From an uncultured Methanomicrobiaceae archaeon (GTDB lineage Archaea; Halobacteriota; Methanomicrobia; Methanomicrobiales; Methanoculleaceae), in assembly GCA_963826525.1 (NCBI GenBank), contig CAWGXH010000004.1, positions 1,216,001 to 1,280,000 of the forward strand: 64,000 nucleotides of DNA, given 5' to 3'. A program made the translations under genes and the position numbers. Below the pieces are notes generated by a model. That model had not been told where the DNA came from, made no database searches, and saw only the letters and a list, made by a program, of their open reading frames with translations. This document shows positions 52,745 through 63,794 of the stretch, one piece after another (position 1 is the stretch's first letter; every line of letters starts with the position of its first letter).

Positions 52745-53212
52745 ATGAGGACACTCATCATCTACACCTCGGTACATCACGGGAATACCGAGAAGGTCGC
52801 CCAGGCGATGGCGGGGGTGCTTGGTGCCGATATCGTCGCTGCGGCACGAGCCGAGCCCGGGCTGATCGACCGCTACGATCTGATCGGTTTCGGGTCGGGT
52901 ATCTATCACGGCCGCCATCACCAGACCCTCTTCCGCTTCGTCGATCTGCTCCCGGCTGTTGACGGAATGCTTGCGTTCGTCTTCTCGACGAGCGGGCGGG
53001 GTGTGGCGCAGGATCATACCGCCCTGAAACTGGAACTCGAAGCGAAAGGGTTCCGGATAGTGGGTGACTTCACCTGTAAGGGCTGGGATACCTACACCGT
53101 GCTCGGCCTCGTCGGCGGGATCAACAAGGGAAGGCCCGATGCCCGGGACCTTATGCATGCAGGGGAATTTGCAGAGAGCCTTGCGAGACAGTGGGGAAAT
53201 GCCGGTCGATAG
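52745..53212 (+). CDS. Flavodoxin family protein
   Basis: IYTSVHHGNTEKVA, YDLIGFGSGIY and FSTSG. Confidence 0.92.
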   Translation: MRTLIIYTSVHHGNTEKVAQAMAGVLGADIVAAARAEPGLIDRYDLIGFGSGIYHGRHHQTLFRFVDLLPAVDGMLAFVFSTSGRGVAQDHTALKLELEAKGFRIVGDFTCKGWDTYTVLGLVGGINKGRPDARDLMHAGEFAESLARQWGNAGR

Positions 53213-53313
53213 TCGCTTTCCTGCGGCACCGGTACCCGGGAGAGTCATACCTGCTCGTCCGCACACCCCAAACCATTATATCCGGGTGTAGGGTATATCC
53301 CGCCTGATCTCCG

Positions 53314-54198
53314 ATGCGATCCCGATTACTGGTCCTGGTGCTGGTCGTTTCATTGATTGCAAATGTATACTCCGCGGTCATCGTTCCCGCCGCGGTCGAT
53401 GGAGACCTCCGTGTTCTCAATAGCCGGATTGCCGCCCTTGAAGAAGAGAATGCCGATCTGCTGACCCGGGTGGGGGAGTATGCCTCCCCGACAGTGGTTC
53501 CTGTCCCGGAACCGGCTCCTTATCTCCCGCCGGCGGCGGTATCGTCATCCAGCACAGCGACGCTCCAGGCACCGGTGATCATCGAGAAGGTCGAGTACGT
53601 CAGGAACTATCCGTTCGTGCGGCAGCGGGTAACGGAGGAGGGTTCCATGGTGAACATCTCGGTCGAGGTCATTTCCGGGCGCGGGCGGGTGCTGGTGCAG
53701 ACCACTCCGCTGATGGGGGTGGTCTTCCAGGAGGCTGCCAACACGGCGGTCTCCGTTGCCCGGGATCAGTCCGGAGCGAATCTCTCAGAGAGCGACGTGA
53801 TCTTCTCGGTTCTGGCGGAGAGCGATGTGTCCGGGATCGACGGGCCGAGTGCCGGTGCACTGATGACGGCGCTCCTCATCTCGGTGCTCGAGAACCGGCC
53901 GGTGAACGACTCCGTCACCCTGACCGGCACCATCGACTCCGTCGGGAATGTCGGGGAGATCGGGGGTGTCGTCGAGAAGGCGCAGGCCGCAAAGGCACAC
54001 GGCAAGTCGCTCATCCTTCTTCCCCGAACAAACAGCCGGGTCATGCAGTACGGCGACACGACACGAAGCATCGGAGGTGTGGAGATCACATTGCAGCGGC
54101 CGGAGTATCTCGATGCGGAACAGTACATCGAGGATGAGATCGGCATCCGGGTGGAGTACGTGGATACAATCGACGACGTTATCGCTTTTCTGTGGTAG
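53314..54198 (+). CDS. Secreted S16 (Lon-type) serine protease lacking an ATPase domain
   Basis: Signal/TM segment, short coiled coil, GRGRV, DGPSAG, TGTI and IGGVVEKAQAA (Ser-Lys dyad). Confidence 0.9.
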   Translation: MRSRLLVLVLVVSLIANVYSAVIVPAAVDGDLRVLNSRIAALEEENADLLTRVGEYASPTVVPVPEPAPYLPPAAVSSSSTATLQAPVIIEKVEYVRNYPFVRQRVTEEGSMVNISVEVISGRGRVLVQTTPLMGVVFQEAANTAVSVARDQSGANLSESDVIFSVLAESDVSGIDGPSAGALMTALLISVLENRPVNDSVTLTGTIDSVGNVGEIGGVVEKAQAAKAHGKSLILLPRTNSRVMQYGDTTRSIGGVEITLQRPEYLDAEQYIEDEIGIRVEYVDTIDDVIAFLW

Positions 54199-54261
54199 TG
54201 GCCGGAAGCGACCCGAAAGAACGGCACGGTCGCGCCGGTGGTTGAGAGACGCCCTGTCATT

Positions 54262-54750
54262 TTACTTCCCGTTCTGGCGGATGACCTCGTAGGTCACCCG
54301 CTGATCGAGAATGCAGTCGCGGACGGCCCGCTCCCGCTCCGAGAGGTTCGATCGGCCGCTCTTCACCTCGACGAAGGCGACACTCGTCACCTCCCCGTCC
54401 GAGAGGCCGTTGAAGATGACGAAGTCGACCGGGGTGCCGAGGAAGCGTGCATCCTTCGGGTTGTAGGTAAAGTCGGGGAAATAGGGGATGAGGTGTTCGG
54501 TCACCTTCCCCCGGATCACCGCCTCGCTGCGGGTGACGGCGTCGCGGCGGATGCTCTTCTCTTCGGCAAGCTTCCACTCCCGGAAGAGCACGTCCGCCTT
54601 CTCGTCGACGAGCCGCTGCATCTCGGTCGTCCGCCACTCATCAAAGAGCGATCGTGCCCGCCGCTCGACCTGCCCCGAGATGCGGGCGTAACGCCAGGCA
54701 GTATAGGCGAGCAGGAGCAGGAGGGCGGCGATGAGGATCCACTCTATCAT
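54262..54750 (-). CDS. Membrane-anchored Holliday-junction-resolvase-like PD-(D/E)xK nuclease
   Basis: N-terminal TM helix, GKVTEHLIPY.P.F.YNPKDARFLGTPVDFVIF and FVEVKSG. Confidence 0.88.
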   Translation of the reverse strand: MIEWILIAALLLLLAYTAWRYARISGQVERRARSLFDEWRTTEMQRLVDEKADVLFREWKLAEEKSIRRDAVTRSEAVIRGKVTEHLIPYFPDFTYNPKDARFLGTPVDFVIFNGLSDGEVTSVAFVEVKSGRSNLSERERAVRDCILDQRVTYEVIRQNGK

Positions 54751-54947
54751 GACAGTACGACTCGGCGGCCGGAGATAAAGGGATTTGGAATTGCCGGCCG
54801 ATCGGCCGACGGGGGGATGCTTATGAGCCGATCCCTTATCCGGATGTTCAGCATCCGCTTCTGCAGATGACTTCTCTTTTATCGAGAGCGATCCGTCTCC
54901 TCCTCAAGCCTTTTATGGACTCCCCGCCACTGTACCCGAGAGGTACC

Positions 54948-55485
54948 ATGAATCGACAAATGCTCCTGCTGCTCGCTGCTCTCGTGGTCACGGCAGCAAT
55001 CGTTGCAGGCGCGGCGCTCCTGATGCCGGGCACCGCTCCTTCAGCCCCGACCTACACGAATACGACCTACGGCTATGCGGTCACCTACCCGGCCGGGTGG
55101 CAGTACGCCGAGACTGCCGGGAGTGTCGCGTTCTCCTCCCCGGACGGCCACGAGGAGATGCGGATCACCACCGATCCCCTCTCCGGCGACTACCCGGTCG
55201 ATTCCGTCCTCCGCTCGCTGAACGCCACCTATGCCTCGGATTTTGCGCGGGATATCCCCGGCACCGAGTGGGTCTCGACGACCGAAACCGTGCTCGACGG
55301 CGCTCCTGCGTACGAGAGCGTCTTTACGAGCCCGATCCAGGGGGAGGAGCGCTATGACATTCGTCGCCCGGTACGCGGTGCACGACGGTGTCGTCTACTC
55401 GGTGATGTACACGGTGTTTCCCCCTGCATACGATCCGTATACCGGTCATGGCGAGGAGATGCTCGAATCGTTCCGCTTCCTCTGA
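54948..55485 (+). CDS. Secreted PsbP-like domain protein (+1 frameshift near 55353)
   Basis: Signal peptide, TYTNTTYGYAVTYPAGW, LDGAPA and EMLESFRFL. Confidence 0.75.
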
Positions 55486-55573
55486 TCCCTGCGCCGGCCT
55501 TCTCCCGATCGGAGCGTTCTCCGTCGGGAGAAAAACCATGATCTTTTTTCCTGCTCCTCGCCCTATTTCTTCT

Positions 55574-56285
55574 ATGAGATCGTTTCTTCTGATCCCGATC
55601 CTCCTCTGCGCCGCTCTCATTGCATGCGGATGCACGGGAACCGCCCCGACAGCACCGGACCAGGTGCCGACCGCCACACCGACCCCGACGGATACCGCCG
55701 CTCCCGCTCCGACGCCGGACGGCGAGGTGACGGTGCTCGGCGGTGCCGGAAACGCTACCCGCGTTGTCGCGCTCGATGCCGGGCTGTACGTTTTTGCCAT
55801 GCAGCACGACGGCACCGGGCCGTTCAGCGTCGATATCGAGAGTGAAGAGGTCTTCGGCGGCCTTGCTCACGCCACCGGAGCATACGACGGAGAGCAGGCG
55901 TTCGGCCTCCCCGACTCTCGGCGAGTATGAGTTTTCGGTCACCGCCGACGGGAACTGGACGATAGCGGTCGAACGGCCGCAGGCGATCAACGGCATCCCG
56001 CCCCAGACCTTCACCGGCACCGGTGACGGTGCGACGCCGCTCTTCCAGATCCCGGCAGGGAACGCCTCTTTTGCCATGACGGTCGAGAGCCCGGCGGAGT
56101 GTGCGGTCTGGCTCTACAACAGCACCGGGTCGCTCGTCTTCGACCCGACCGGCACCTATGTCGAGCCGCTCCACTGGCACGAAGGCGCATATAACGGCAC
56201 CGCAACCGTCCGGATCACCGATGCGGATAACTACCTGCTGAATGTGATGGCGGAAGGGCCGTGGACGATCACGGTCACAGTCTGA
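55574..56285 (+). CDS. Predicted lipoprotein with Pro/Thr linker (+1 frameshift near 55919)
   Basis: Lipobox-like LIACGC, PTATPTPT linker and two beta-rich repeats ending GNWTI and GPWTI. Confidence 0.75.
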
Positions 56286-56486
56286 CCTTTTTCACTCTTT
56301 TTCTTCCGCTTCGACCGTCACGCTCCCGTCTCCCCTCGGTGATGAGCTCGATACATCCCGCCCGACCATCGGGCTCCGGCCAGGATAGGGCGATACCATC
56401 GCCCACCCGGTGGTGAGCGTGCCGAACGCTGGGAAGGCAGAGACAATTGCGACGATCCCGACGACGCGGCCGGGGGCACGAGAAAC

Positions 56487-56816
56487 ATGACGGAAAGGAT
56501 AAGATACCGTACGCCGAATGTGGAGCGTATGGATTGCTTCACCTCCGGGACGACCCGGTGCGGCGCCCCTTCGTCGCCGCCTGCAGGCGAACGGAGACGG
56601 AAGAGTGACCGGATGCAGCTCCTTATGGAGATACGGGAATTTTCCCGTGAGCATCGGGATATCCTTGCCCGGTACCACCGCTATGCACCCGGTGACCTCG
56701 ACCGGATTTACGCGGAGTGCCGGCGGCTGCAGGAGGAGGCGTGCCGCCAGGGTGCCTGCGGGACCGCCGGCGAGCTCGCGGAGTCGAGTACGTCATCGGC
56801 CGGGCGAAGGAGATGA
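56487..56816 (+). CDS. Hypothetical protein (start and 3' end uncertain)
   Basis: Helical core MQLLMEIREFSREHRDILARYH...; possible frameshift near the 3' end. Confidence 0.4.
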   Translation: MTERIRYRTPNVERMDCFTSGTTRCGAPSSPPAGERRRKSDRMQLLMEIREFSREHRDILARYHRYAPGDLDRIYAECRRLQEEACRQGACGTAGELAESSTSSAGRRR

Positions 56817-56879
56817 AAGCGAAAGGAATGGAGGACGGGAGTCTTTCCGGATAGTCCTGATTTCCTCTCCCTACGCACC

Positions 56880-57389
56880 TCACGCTGCTAGCCGCACCGA
56901 GACCGGGATGCCCCTCGTGATGATGTCGACCACCGGCGACGTTTCGACCACCCTGTCGAGGAGCGTCTGTTTCTCCGCTCTTCCGGCATCGCACTCAAGA
57001 TGAACCCGGACACGAATCTGCTGATACCCGGGATGCACTCCTTCCAGGCCGAAAAATCCGCGGATGTCAAGATCCCCTTCGGTCTCGATCTCGATGGAAT
57101 CGATCTGGATTCCCTTCAGCGCCGCCATGTAACTGATCCCGACGGTCAGGCAGCCACCGAGGGCGGCCAGTACCCTGCTCCACCGGATTCGGGGCATGGT
57201 CTGTTCCGAAGAGCGCCGCCGACTCATCGGCCTCGAGCGTGAAATTGCGGATCGTGCTGACCGACCGTGCCCCCCGGCCCAGGTCGTCGTCGCCCGGAAG
57301 ACAAACTGCCCTTTCACCGGATCCTTCGTGACCTGTTCCAGTCCGGCCTTCAGGGCACCGGTATCCACTCCATTGATCTCCATTCTCAA
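56880..57389 (-). CDS. OsmC family protein (compensating -1/+1 frameshifts between about 57275 and 57172)
   Basis: LAALGGCL, EGDLDIRGFFG and SPVVD; the alternate frame restores ADE.AALFGTDHAPNPVEQ. Confidence 0.88.
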   Translation of the reverse strand: MRMEINGVDTGALKAGLEQVTKDPVKGQFVFRATTTWAGGHGRSARSAISRSRPMSRRRSSEQTMPRIRWSRVLAALGGCLTVGISYMAALKGIQIDSIEIETEGDLDIRGFFGLEGVHPGYQQIRVRVHLECDAGRAEKQTLLDRVVETSPVVDIITRGIPVSVRLAA

Positions 57390-57642
57390 ACCTCCGGAGA
57401 TACGGACTTGGCCTGATGGGAGAAGTAGATTGCGGAGGTAATGGAAAATGTGACAGATGCCATGCGAGCGAAACTGATGAGGACTCCTGGAGATAAGCCG
57501 GAGATTGAAATACTACCTCTCCTGATACTGACCGGTCGGGAACATCTGATTATGTTCCTGCTTTCTTCAGGATGACCGGAGGTGAGCCGGGAGGAGCGAT
57601 CGCTTCACCCCTCCTGATAAAAGAGCGGGGCTCTGCCGTCTC

Positions 57643-57879
57643 TCACCAGATCTCTTCCGGGAGCTCGACAAGATCGTCTTCGTCGGACGGCACCACTACC
57701 TCGGGCGAGATATCGAAGTAATCTTCGATGATCGCGTCGTCCTGCTCGTCGTGGTATTGCTCGCCCGGCTCTTTCATCTTCATCCAGAGGCGGATCTGCT
57801 GGAGGAGTGTCATGGTCTTCCGGTCTTCTGCCTCCTCTTCCGGGAAGGCACTTTCTTCATACACTAATGCCATATTCAT
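57643..57879 (-). CDS. Small acidic hypothetical protein
   Basis: 78-aa D/E-rich ORF with ATG start. Confidence 0.5.
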   Translation of the reverse strand: MNMALVYEESAFPEEEAEDRKTMTLLQQIRLWMKMKEPGEQYHDEQDDAIIEDYFDISPEVVVPSDEDDLVELPEEIW

Positions 57880-57979
57880 TCTTCTGCTACAAAACTCTGT
57901 TCAAACGTTATTTCGCTGTATCCGTCGCATGGTGCTCCGCGAATGCAGAAACGGCGCCTGTAGGTTTTCTGCCGGGCAC

Positions 57980-59763
57980 TCACGTCCGCTGGAACATCCG
58001 GTCGAGCTTCTGCTTCGACAGCGCCACCACCGTCGGGCGGCCGTGCGGGCAGGTCCAGGGAGTCTTCGTCGCCGCGAGCTGATCGATGAGCCGCCGCATC
58101 TGCTCGCCCGTGAGCAGAGCTCCGGCCTTCACCGCTCCCCGGCAGGCGACGACCGTCGTTACCCGCTCCTTCACTCCGGCTGCGGTCTTCTGCCCGTCAC
58201 CGATGAGGTCGGTGATCGTCTCGCGGATCACCGCCGTATCCTCAAGCTTCCCGAGCACGACCGGTACCGCCCTGACGGCGTAGGTGTCCCGTCCGAACTC
58301 CTCGACGACGAACCCTTCTTCGGCGAGAAGGGGGATTGCCTCGCGGATGATCGCCGACTCGCCCGGCCGCAGCGAGAGGATCACCGGCATGAGCAGTTCC
58401 TGCGACCGGTCTTCTGCGTCGCGCCGCTCTACGACCTGTTCGTAGAGGACCCGCTCGTGGGCGGCGTGCTGGTCGATGAGGTAGAGCGTCCCGTCCGGCC
58501 CCGCGGGCGACGATGTAGGTCGCAGCGACCTGCCCTATCGGCTCCATCGCAGGGAGAAAGTTCTGCTCTCCCGGAGTAGCGAGTTCCGTCTGGCGGAGGC
58601 TGGCGGTCGGAGGCGGCGAGCATCCGGTGGCTGGGAGCATAGGCCGGCTCCGGTGACGCGACCAGCCCGATCTCCGGGAGCGGGGGAAGATCGGGCGCTA
58701 TAGCGGTCTGAACCGGCTCACCGTCCCTCTCGTCGCGGGAGAGATCCCGGCCGCCGAGCGCCTCCGCCACTGCATCCGTGATCGCGGAGAGGATCTCCCT
58801 CTCCCGGCTGAGCCTTACTTCGCGCTTGGTGGGGTGGACGTTCACGTCGACGAGGGTCGTGTCGATGTCGAGGTCGAGGAAGACCACCGGGTAGCGGTCT
58901 TTCGGGAGCAGGGTGCCGTATCCCTCCCTGATCGCGCCGACGATCGGGCGGGAGGCGACGCTCCGGCCGTTGATGCTGACGCTGACCTGGAACGGGCTTC
59001 CTCGGCTCTCCGCCGGACGGGAGATGTAACCTCCCATCCGCATAAACGGCGTCCGCCCTGCAACCGGGATCAGTGACCGGGCGAGATCGATCCCGTGGAG
59101 GCCGACGATGGCGTCGCGGAGCTCCGCCGACCGCTGGGTCGCTATCCGTTCCCGGCCGTTCTGTACCAGGCGGAATGCGATGTCGCTGTGGGCGAGGGCT
59201 ATCGTCTCGACCGTGCCGTAGAGGTGGGCAAGTTCGGTATTCCGGCTCTTTAAGAACTTCCGGCGGGCGGGGGTGTTGTAGAAGAGATCCTCTACAATTA
59301 CCGTCGTCCCCTCGGGAGCGCCGGTCTCGCGGTCTTCGAGCACCTCGCCGCCCCGGACGACGATCCTTCTGGCGGCGATCGTCCCCTCTCCTCTCGCCCG
59401 GGTAACCAGCGTCACCTGCGCCACAGCGGCGATGCTGGCGAGCGCCTCGCCCCGGAACCCCAGTGTCCGGATGACGTGCAGGTCCCCGATCTCCCGTATC
59501 TTACTCGTTGCATGGGGCTCGAAGGCGAGGAGCGCCTCCTCGGGCGTCATCCCGCACCCGTCGTCGGTGATCCGGATCCGCGTGATTCCTTTCATATCGG
59601 AGGTCACGTCTACGAGGATGGACGTCGCCCCGGCATCGACGGCGTTCTCGACGAGTTCCTTGACGACCGACGCCGGCCGCTCCACCACCTCGCCGGCGGC
59701 GATCTGGTTCACCGTCGCGGGGTCGAGCCGGTGGATCCGGGGTTCGGGGACAGGAGCGTTCAT
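57980..59763 (-). CDS. mutL: DNA mismatch repair protein MutL (+1 frameshifts near 58600 and 58499)
   Basis: NQIAAGEVVERP, GFRGEAL, DVNVHPTK, DQHAAHER, ACRGA and CPHGRP. Confidence 0.96.
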
Positions 59764-62384
59764 CGCTGCCCGTTTCCTCCGTTTGCCAGGTTCCTGAGCC
59801 GGTGGAGGGTGTTTAAGGCCGCGAGCGGGGTCATTTCGTCGAGATTCATCGCCCGGAGCTCTTCGACCGCCGGGTTCACCTCGACGACGCCCTCACCCGT
59901 ATCGACGAGCAGCATCTGGGTGTAGCGGGGCGTCTTTCCGCCGCCTTTCAACTCCTGCGCCATCGCCTCTTTGAGGATGACGAGCGCCCGCTCGGTCACC
60001 TTCTTCGGGATACCGGCAAGCTCCGCGACGTGGACGCCGTAACTCTTATCGGTCGCACCCTGGACGAGTCGCCGGAGGAAGATCACCTCGCGTCCCGTAT
60101 CCTTCACTGCGAAGTGGAAGTTTCTCACCCGCTTGAGTCTCCCCTCGAGCTCGATCAAGCTCGTGAAAGTGGGTGGCGAAGAGCGTGCGCGGGCCGACCA
60201 CCGCTTTGCCGTGGAGGAACTCGACCACCGCCTGGGCTATCGAGAACCCATCGAGGGTGCTCGTTCCCCTGCCGATCTCGTCGAGGATTACGAGGCTCTG
60301 CGGCGTGACGTTGTTGAGGATGTTCGCAAGTTCGAGCATCTCCACCATGAAGGTGCTCTGGCCGCTCGCAAGGTCGTCGAACGCCCCGACCCGGGTGAAG
60401 ACCCGGTCGACGATTCCGATCGTGGCGTGCCGGGCGGGGACGAAGCTTCCCATCTGGGCCATGATGCAGAGGAGAGCGACCGCCCGCATGTACGTTGACT
60501 TTCCGGCCATGTTCGCGCCGGTGACGATCATGATCTGGTTGCCGCTCCCATCGAGGTCGGTGTCGTTCGGCACGAACCCGAACTCCATGCTCCGCTCCAC
60601 GACCGGGTGGCGCCCCTCCCTGAACGACGATCCGGCTGCTCTCCTCGATGACCGGGCGGGTATAGTCGTAACGGGCCGCATTCTCGGCGAGGGCCGCATA
60701 GACGTCGAGGTGCCCGATCGCCCGGGCGGTCGCCTGCAACGCGGGAACGCATTCGGCGAGCGTCCTCACCAGTTCGGCGTAGACCTCCGCCTCCAGAACC
60801 GAGAGCCGCTCTTCGGCGGTTGCGATCAGCGCCTCCTTCTCGCGAAGCTCGGGGATGGTATACCGCTCGCCGTTCGCCGTCGTCTGCCGGCGCTCGGTAC
60901 TCTTCCGGCACCAGGTGGAGGTTCGCCCTCGTCACCTCGATGAAGTAGCCGAAGATGCGGTTGTAGGAGACCTTCAGGGATTTGATTCCGGTGCGTTCCC
61001 GCTCCTGCTGCTGGAACTGCCCGATCCAGTCCTTCCCCGAGGTCGAGAGGCTCCGCAGTTCGTCGAGGTCGGCATCGAACCCTTCCCGGATCATCCCCCC
61101 CGATCGCGCCAGCGCCGGAGGTTCGTCGACGATCGCCCGGGCGATGAGATCCGCGGTCGCGGAGAGATCGCTCATGGCGTCGAGGGCTCCCCTGATATTC
61201 TCCGGCATGTCACCTGTGAGAAGTTCCTTTAAGGCCGGGATTCTCTCTATCGACTCGGTCAGCGTGACCAGATCGCGCGGCCCGGCATTCCCGTAGGATA
61301 TCCGCCCGGCGATCCGCTCGATATCGCCGCACCGGTCGAGATGGGCGCGGAGGTCTGCTCGTACCATCGCACTATCGACGAAGTACTCGACCGCATCGAG
61401 CCGCCGGCCGATAGCCTCCGGGTCGATCAGGGGGGCTATCAGGAACGATCGCATCAGGCGGCTGCCCATCGAGGTCTCGGTGACGTCGAGGGCATCGAGG
61501 AGCGTGACACCGGCCGCCTCGCCCCGGATACTCTTCGTGATTTCGAGGTTCCGGAGGGTGATGGCGTCGAGCACCATATTCCGTGCCGAAAACCTCGTTG
61601 CAAGGCCGGCGATGTGGGCGAGTCCCGACTGCTGTGTCTCCCGGGCGTAGCGGAGGGCGGCGCCTGCGGCAGCGACCGCCCCGTCGAGTTCCTCGCAGCC
61701 GTATCCGGCGAGCGAACTCGTGCCGAACTGCTCGCAGAGGAGCGAGCGGGCGGTCTCTGTGAGGAAGGCATCGTCACGGTAGCGGGAAACGAGAATGCCC
61801 TGCGCCCGGAGCCTGCCGGCGAGCGCGTCGGGAGCGCTCTCCGGGACGATGCACTCGGACGGGCGGTAGCGGACGACCTCCGAGACGACCTCGCCATAAT
61901 CGCGCCCTGCATCCGAGGCCGAGACGAAGAACTCACCGGTGGAGACGTCGAGGAATGCCGTTCCGATCGATCCCTTCTTCCCGGGAGCGACGGCCATGAG
62001 GTACTGTGCGCCCGATGACCCGAGCATCGAGGAGTCGATGACCGTGCCGGGCGTGATGACGCGCACGACATCCCGCTTCACGATGCCCTTCGCCTTCTTC
62101 GGGTCTTCGACCTGGTCGCAGACCACCACCTTGAACCCTTTGTTCACCAAGCGGGCGATGTAGCCCTCGGCGGCATGGTGAGGGACACCGGCGAGCGGCA
62201 TCCGTTCACCGTTTTTGTCCCGTCCGCGGGAGGTCAGGACTATATCGAGCTCGCGCGCAACGACGGCGGCATCTTCACCGAAGGTCTCGTAAAAGTCACC
62301 CATCTGGAAGAAGAGGATAGCATCGGGGTGCTCTGCCTTAGCCGTATAGTACTGTTTCATCGCCGGGCTTGGTCCGTCCTTCAT
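59760..62384 (-). CDS. mutS: DNA mismatch repair protein MutS1 (+1 frameshifts near 60896, 60622 and 60157)
   Basis: [46 protein letters not shown] and SYGVHVA. Confidence 0.96.
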
Positions 62385-62540
62385 CGCGCTTCACTAGTAG
62401 GTCCTCGCGAGGGCACATAAGGCCTGCGTCTCCGCCGGAAAAGTGAAGATCCGGCGGAACCGGGTGCACCGGATCGGCAGAAATCGCGTGGTGCAGCCAA
62501 ACTACATACGTCATAAGAGCACAGTTTTACCCGGTAATAC

Positions 62541-63791
62541 ATGGCAGCGACGATTGTTGAGAAGATATTCTCGTCGCACTGCGGCAGAGAAATCCGTGCA
62601 GGCGACGTAGTGATGGCACCGGTAGATGCGGCGATGATTCACGATATCACCGGCCCGCTTGCAGTCAGGGTGCTGCGCGAAATGGGTGGAGAGCGAGTCT
62701 TCGATCCACGGAAGATCGTCATGCTCTTTGATCACCAGATTCCTGCGGATTCCATTCCTGCCGCAGAGAACCATGTCTTCATGCGAGAGTTTGCGCGTGA
62801 GCAGGGCATCCACAACTACGACATGCGGGAAGGCGTCTGCCACCAGGTCGTCATGGAGAAAGGCCACGCGGCTCCGGGAGAGATCGTGGTCGGCACCGAC
62901 TCGCATACCTGCACCTACGGGGCGGGCGGTGCGTTTGCCACCGGTATCGGTTCGACGGATATGGGTTTTGTCTTAAAGTTCGGAGCCCTCTACTTCAGGG
63001 TTCCCGAGAGCATCCTCGTCGAGACGAACGGCCGGTTCGGTCGGCGTGTCGGTGCAAAAGACCTCATCCTCAATATCGCAGGGGATATCGGTGCCGACGG
63101 GGCGACCTACCAGGCACTCGAGTTCGTCGGCGATACGTTCCGGACGATGGATATGGCAGGCAGGATGACCTGCGCCAACATGGCCATCGAGATGGGGGCA
63201 AAAGCCGGCATCGTGCCGCCGGACAGGGCGACCTGGGAGTATCTCGCTCCCCGGCGGGCGATGCAGCCCTTCGATCTTGCGAGCGACCCGGACGCTGTCT
63301 ACGCCGAGTACCGGCAGTACGATGTCGCCGATCTGGCTCCGCAGGTCGCCGTCCCGCACAACGTCGATAACGTCGTGGACGTCGATGAGGTGGCGGGGAC
63401 GAAGGTCGACCAGGTCTTCATCGGGTCGTGCACGAACGGCCGGTTCGAGGACCTCGCCGAGGCGGCCGAGGTGCTTGGGAAGGAGCGGTTCGCGGAGGGT
63501 GTCCGGGTTATCGTCATCCCCGCATCCCGGGACGAATACCTAAAGTCGCTCAAGGCAGGGCTCATCGAGCGGTTCGTGGAGGCCGGAGCGCTCTTCGAGG
63601 CTCCCTGTTGTGGCCCCTGCATGGGCGGCGCGTTCGGGCTCCTCGCACCCGGTGAGGTCTCGCTCTCGACCTCGAACCGGAACTTCAAAGGAAGGCAGGG
63701 CAGCACCGCCGCGTCGGTTTATCTCTGCTCCCCGGCGACTGCGGCGGCAAGCGCCATCTACGGCGAGATTACCGATCCGAGGGAGGTGTGA
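62541..63791 (+). CDS. leuC: 3-isopropylmalate dehydratase/homoaconitase family large subunit
   Basis: [32 protein letters not shown] and STSNRNF. LeuC is preferred over HacA from the small-subunit motif. Confidence 0.85.
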   Translation: MAATIVEKIFSSHCGREIRAGDVVMAPVDAAMIHDITGPLAVRVLREMGGERVFDPRKIVMLFDHQIPADSIPAAENHVFMREFAREQGIHNYDMREGVCHQVVMEKGHAAPGEIVVGTDSHTCTYGAGGAFATGIGSTDMGFVLKFGALYFRVPESILVETNGRFGRRVGAKDLILNIAGDIGADGATYQALEFVGDTFRTMDMAGRMTCANMAIEMGAKAGIVPPDRATWEYLAPRRAMQPFDLASDPDAVYAEYRQYDVADLAPQVAVPHNVDNVVDVDEVAGTKVDQVFIGSCTNGRFEDLAEAAEVLGKERFAEGVRVIVIPASRDEYLKSLKAGLIERFVEAGALFEAPCCGPCMGGAFGLLAPGEVSLSTSNRNFKGRQGSTAASVYLCSPATAAASAIYGEITDPREV

Positions 63792-63794
63792 ACC

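Noticed and set aside
57980-62384. mutS/mutL inactivation producing a hypermutator that explains all the frameshifts
   Set aside because: Essential genes (metG, srp54, ftsY) are broken in the same +1 manner, and many sites are not in long homopolymers. Sequencing error is more parsimonious.
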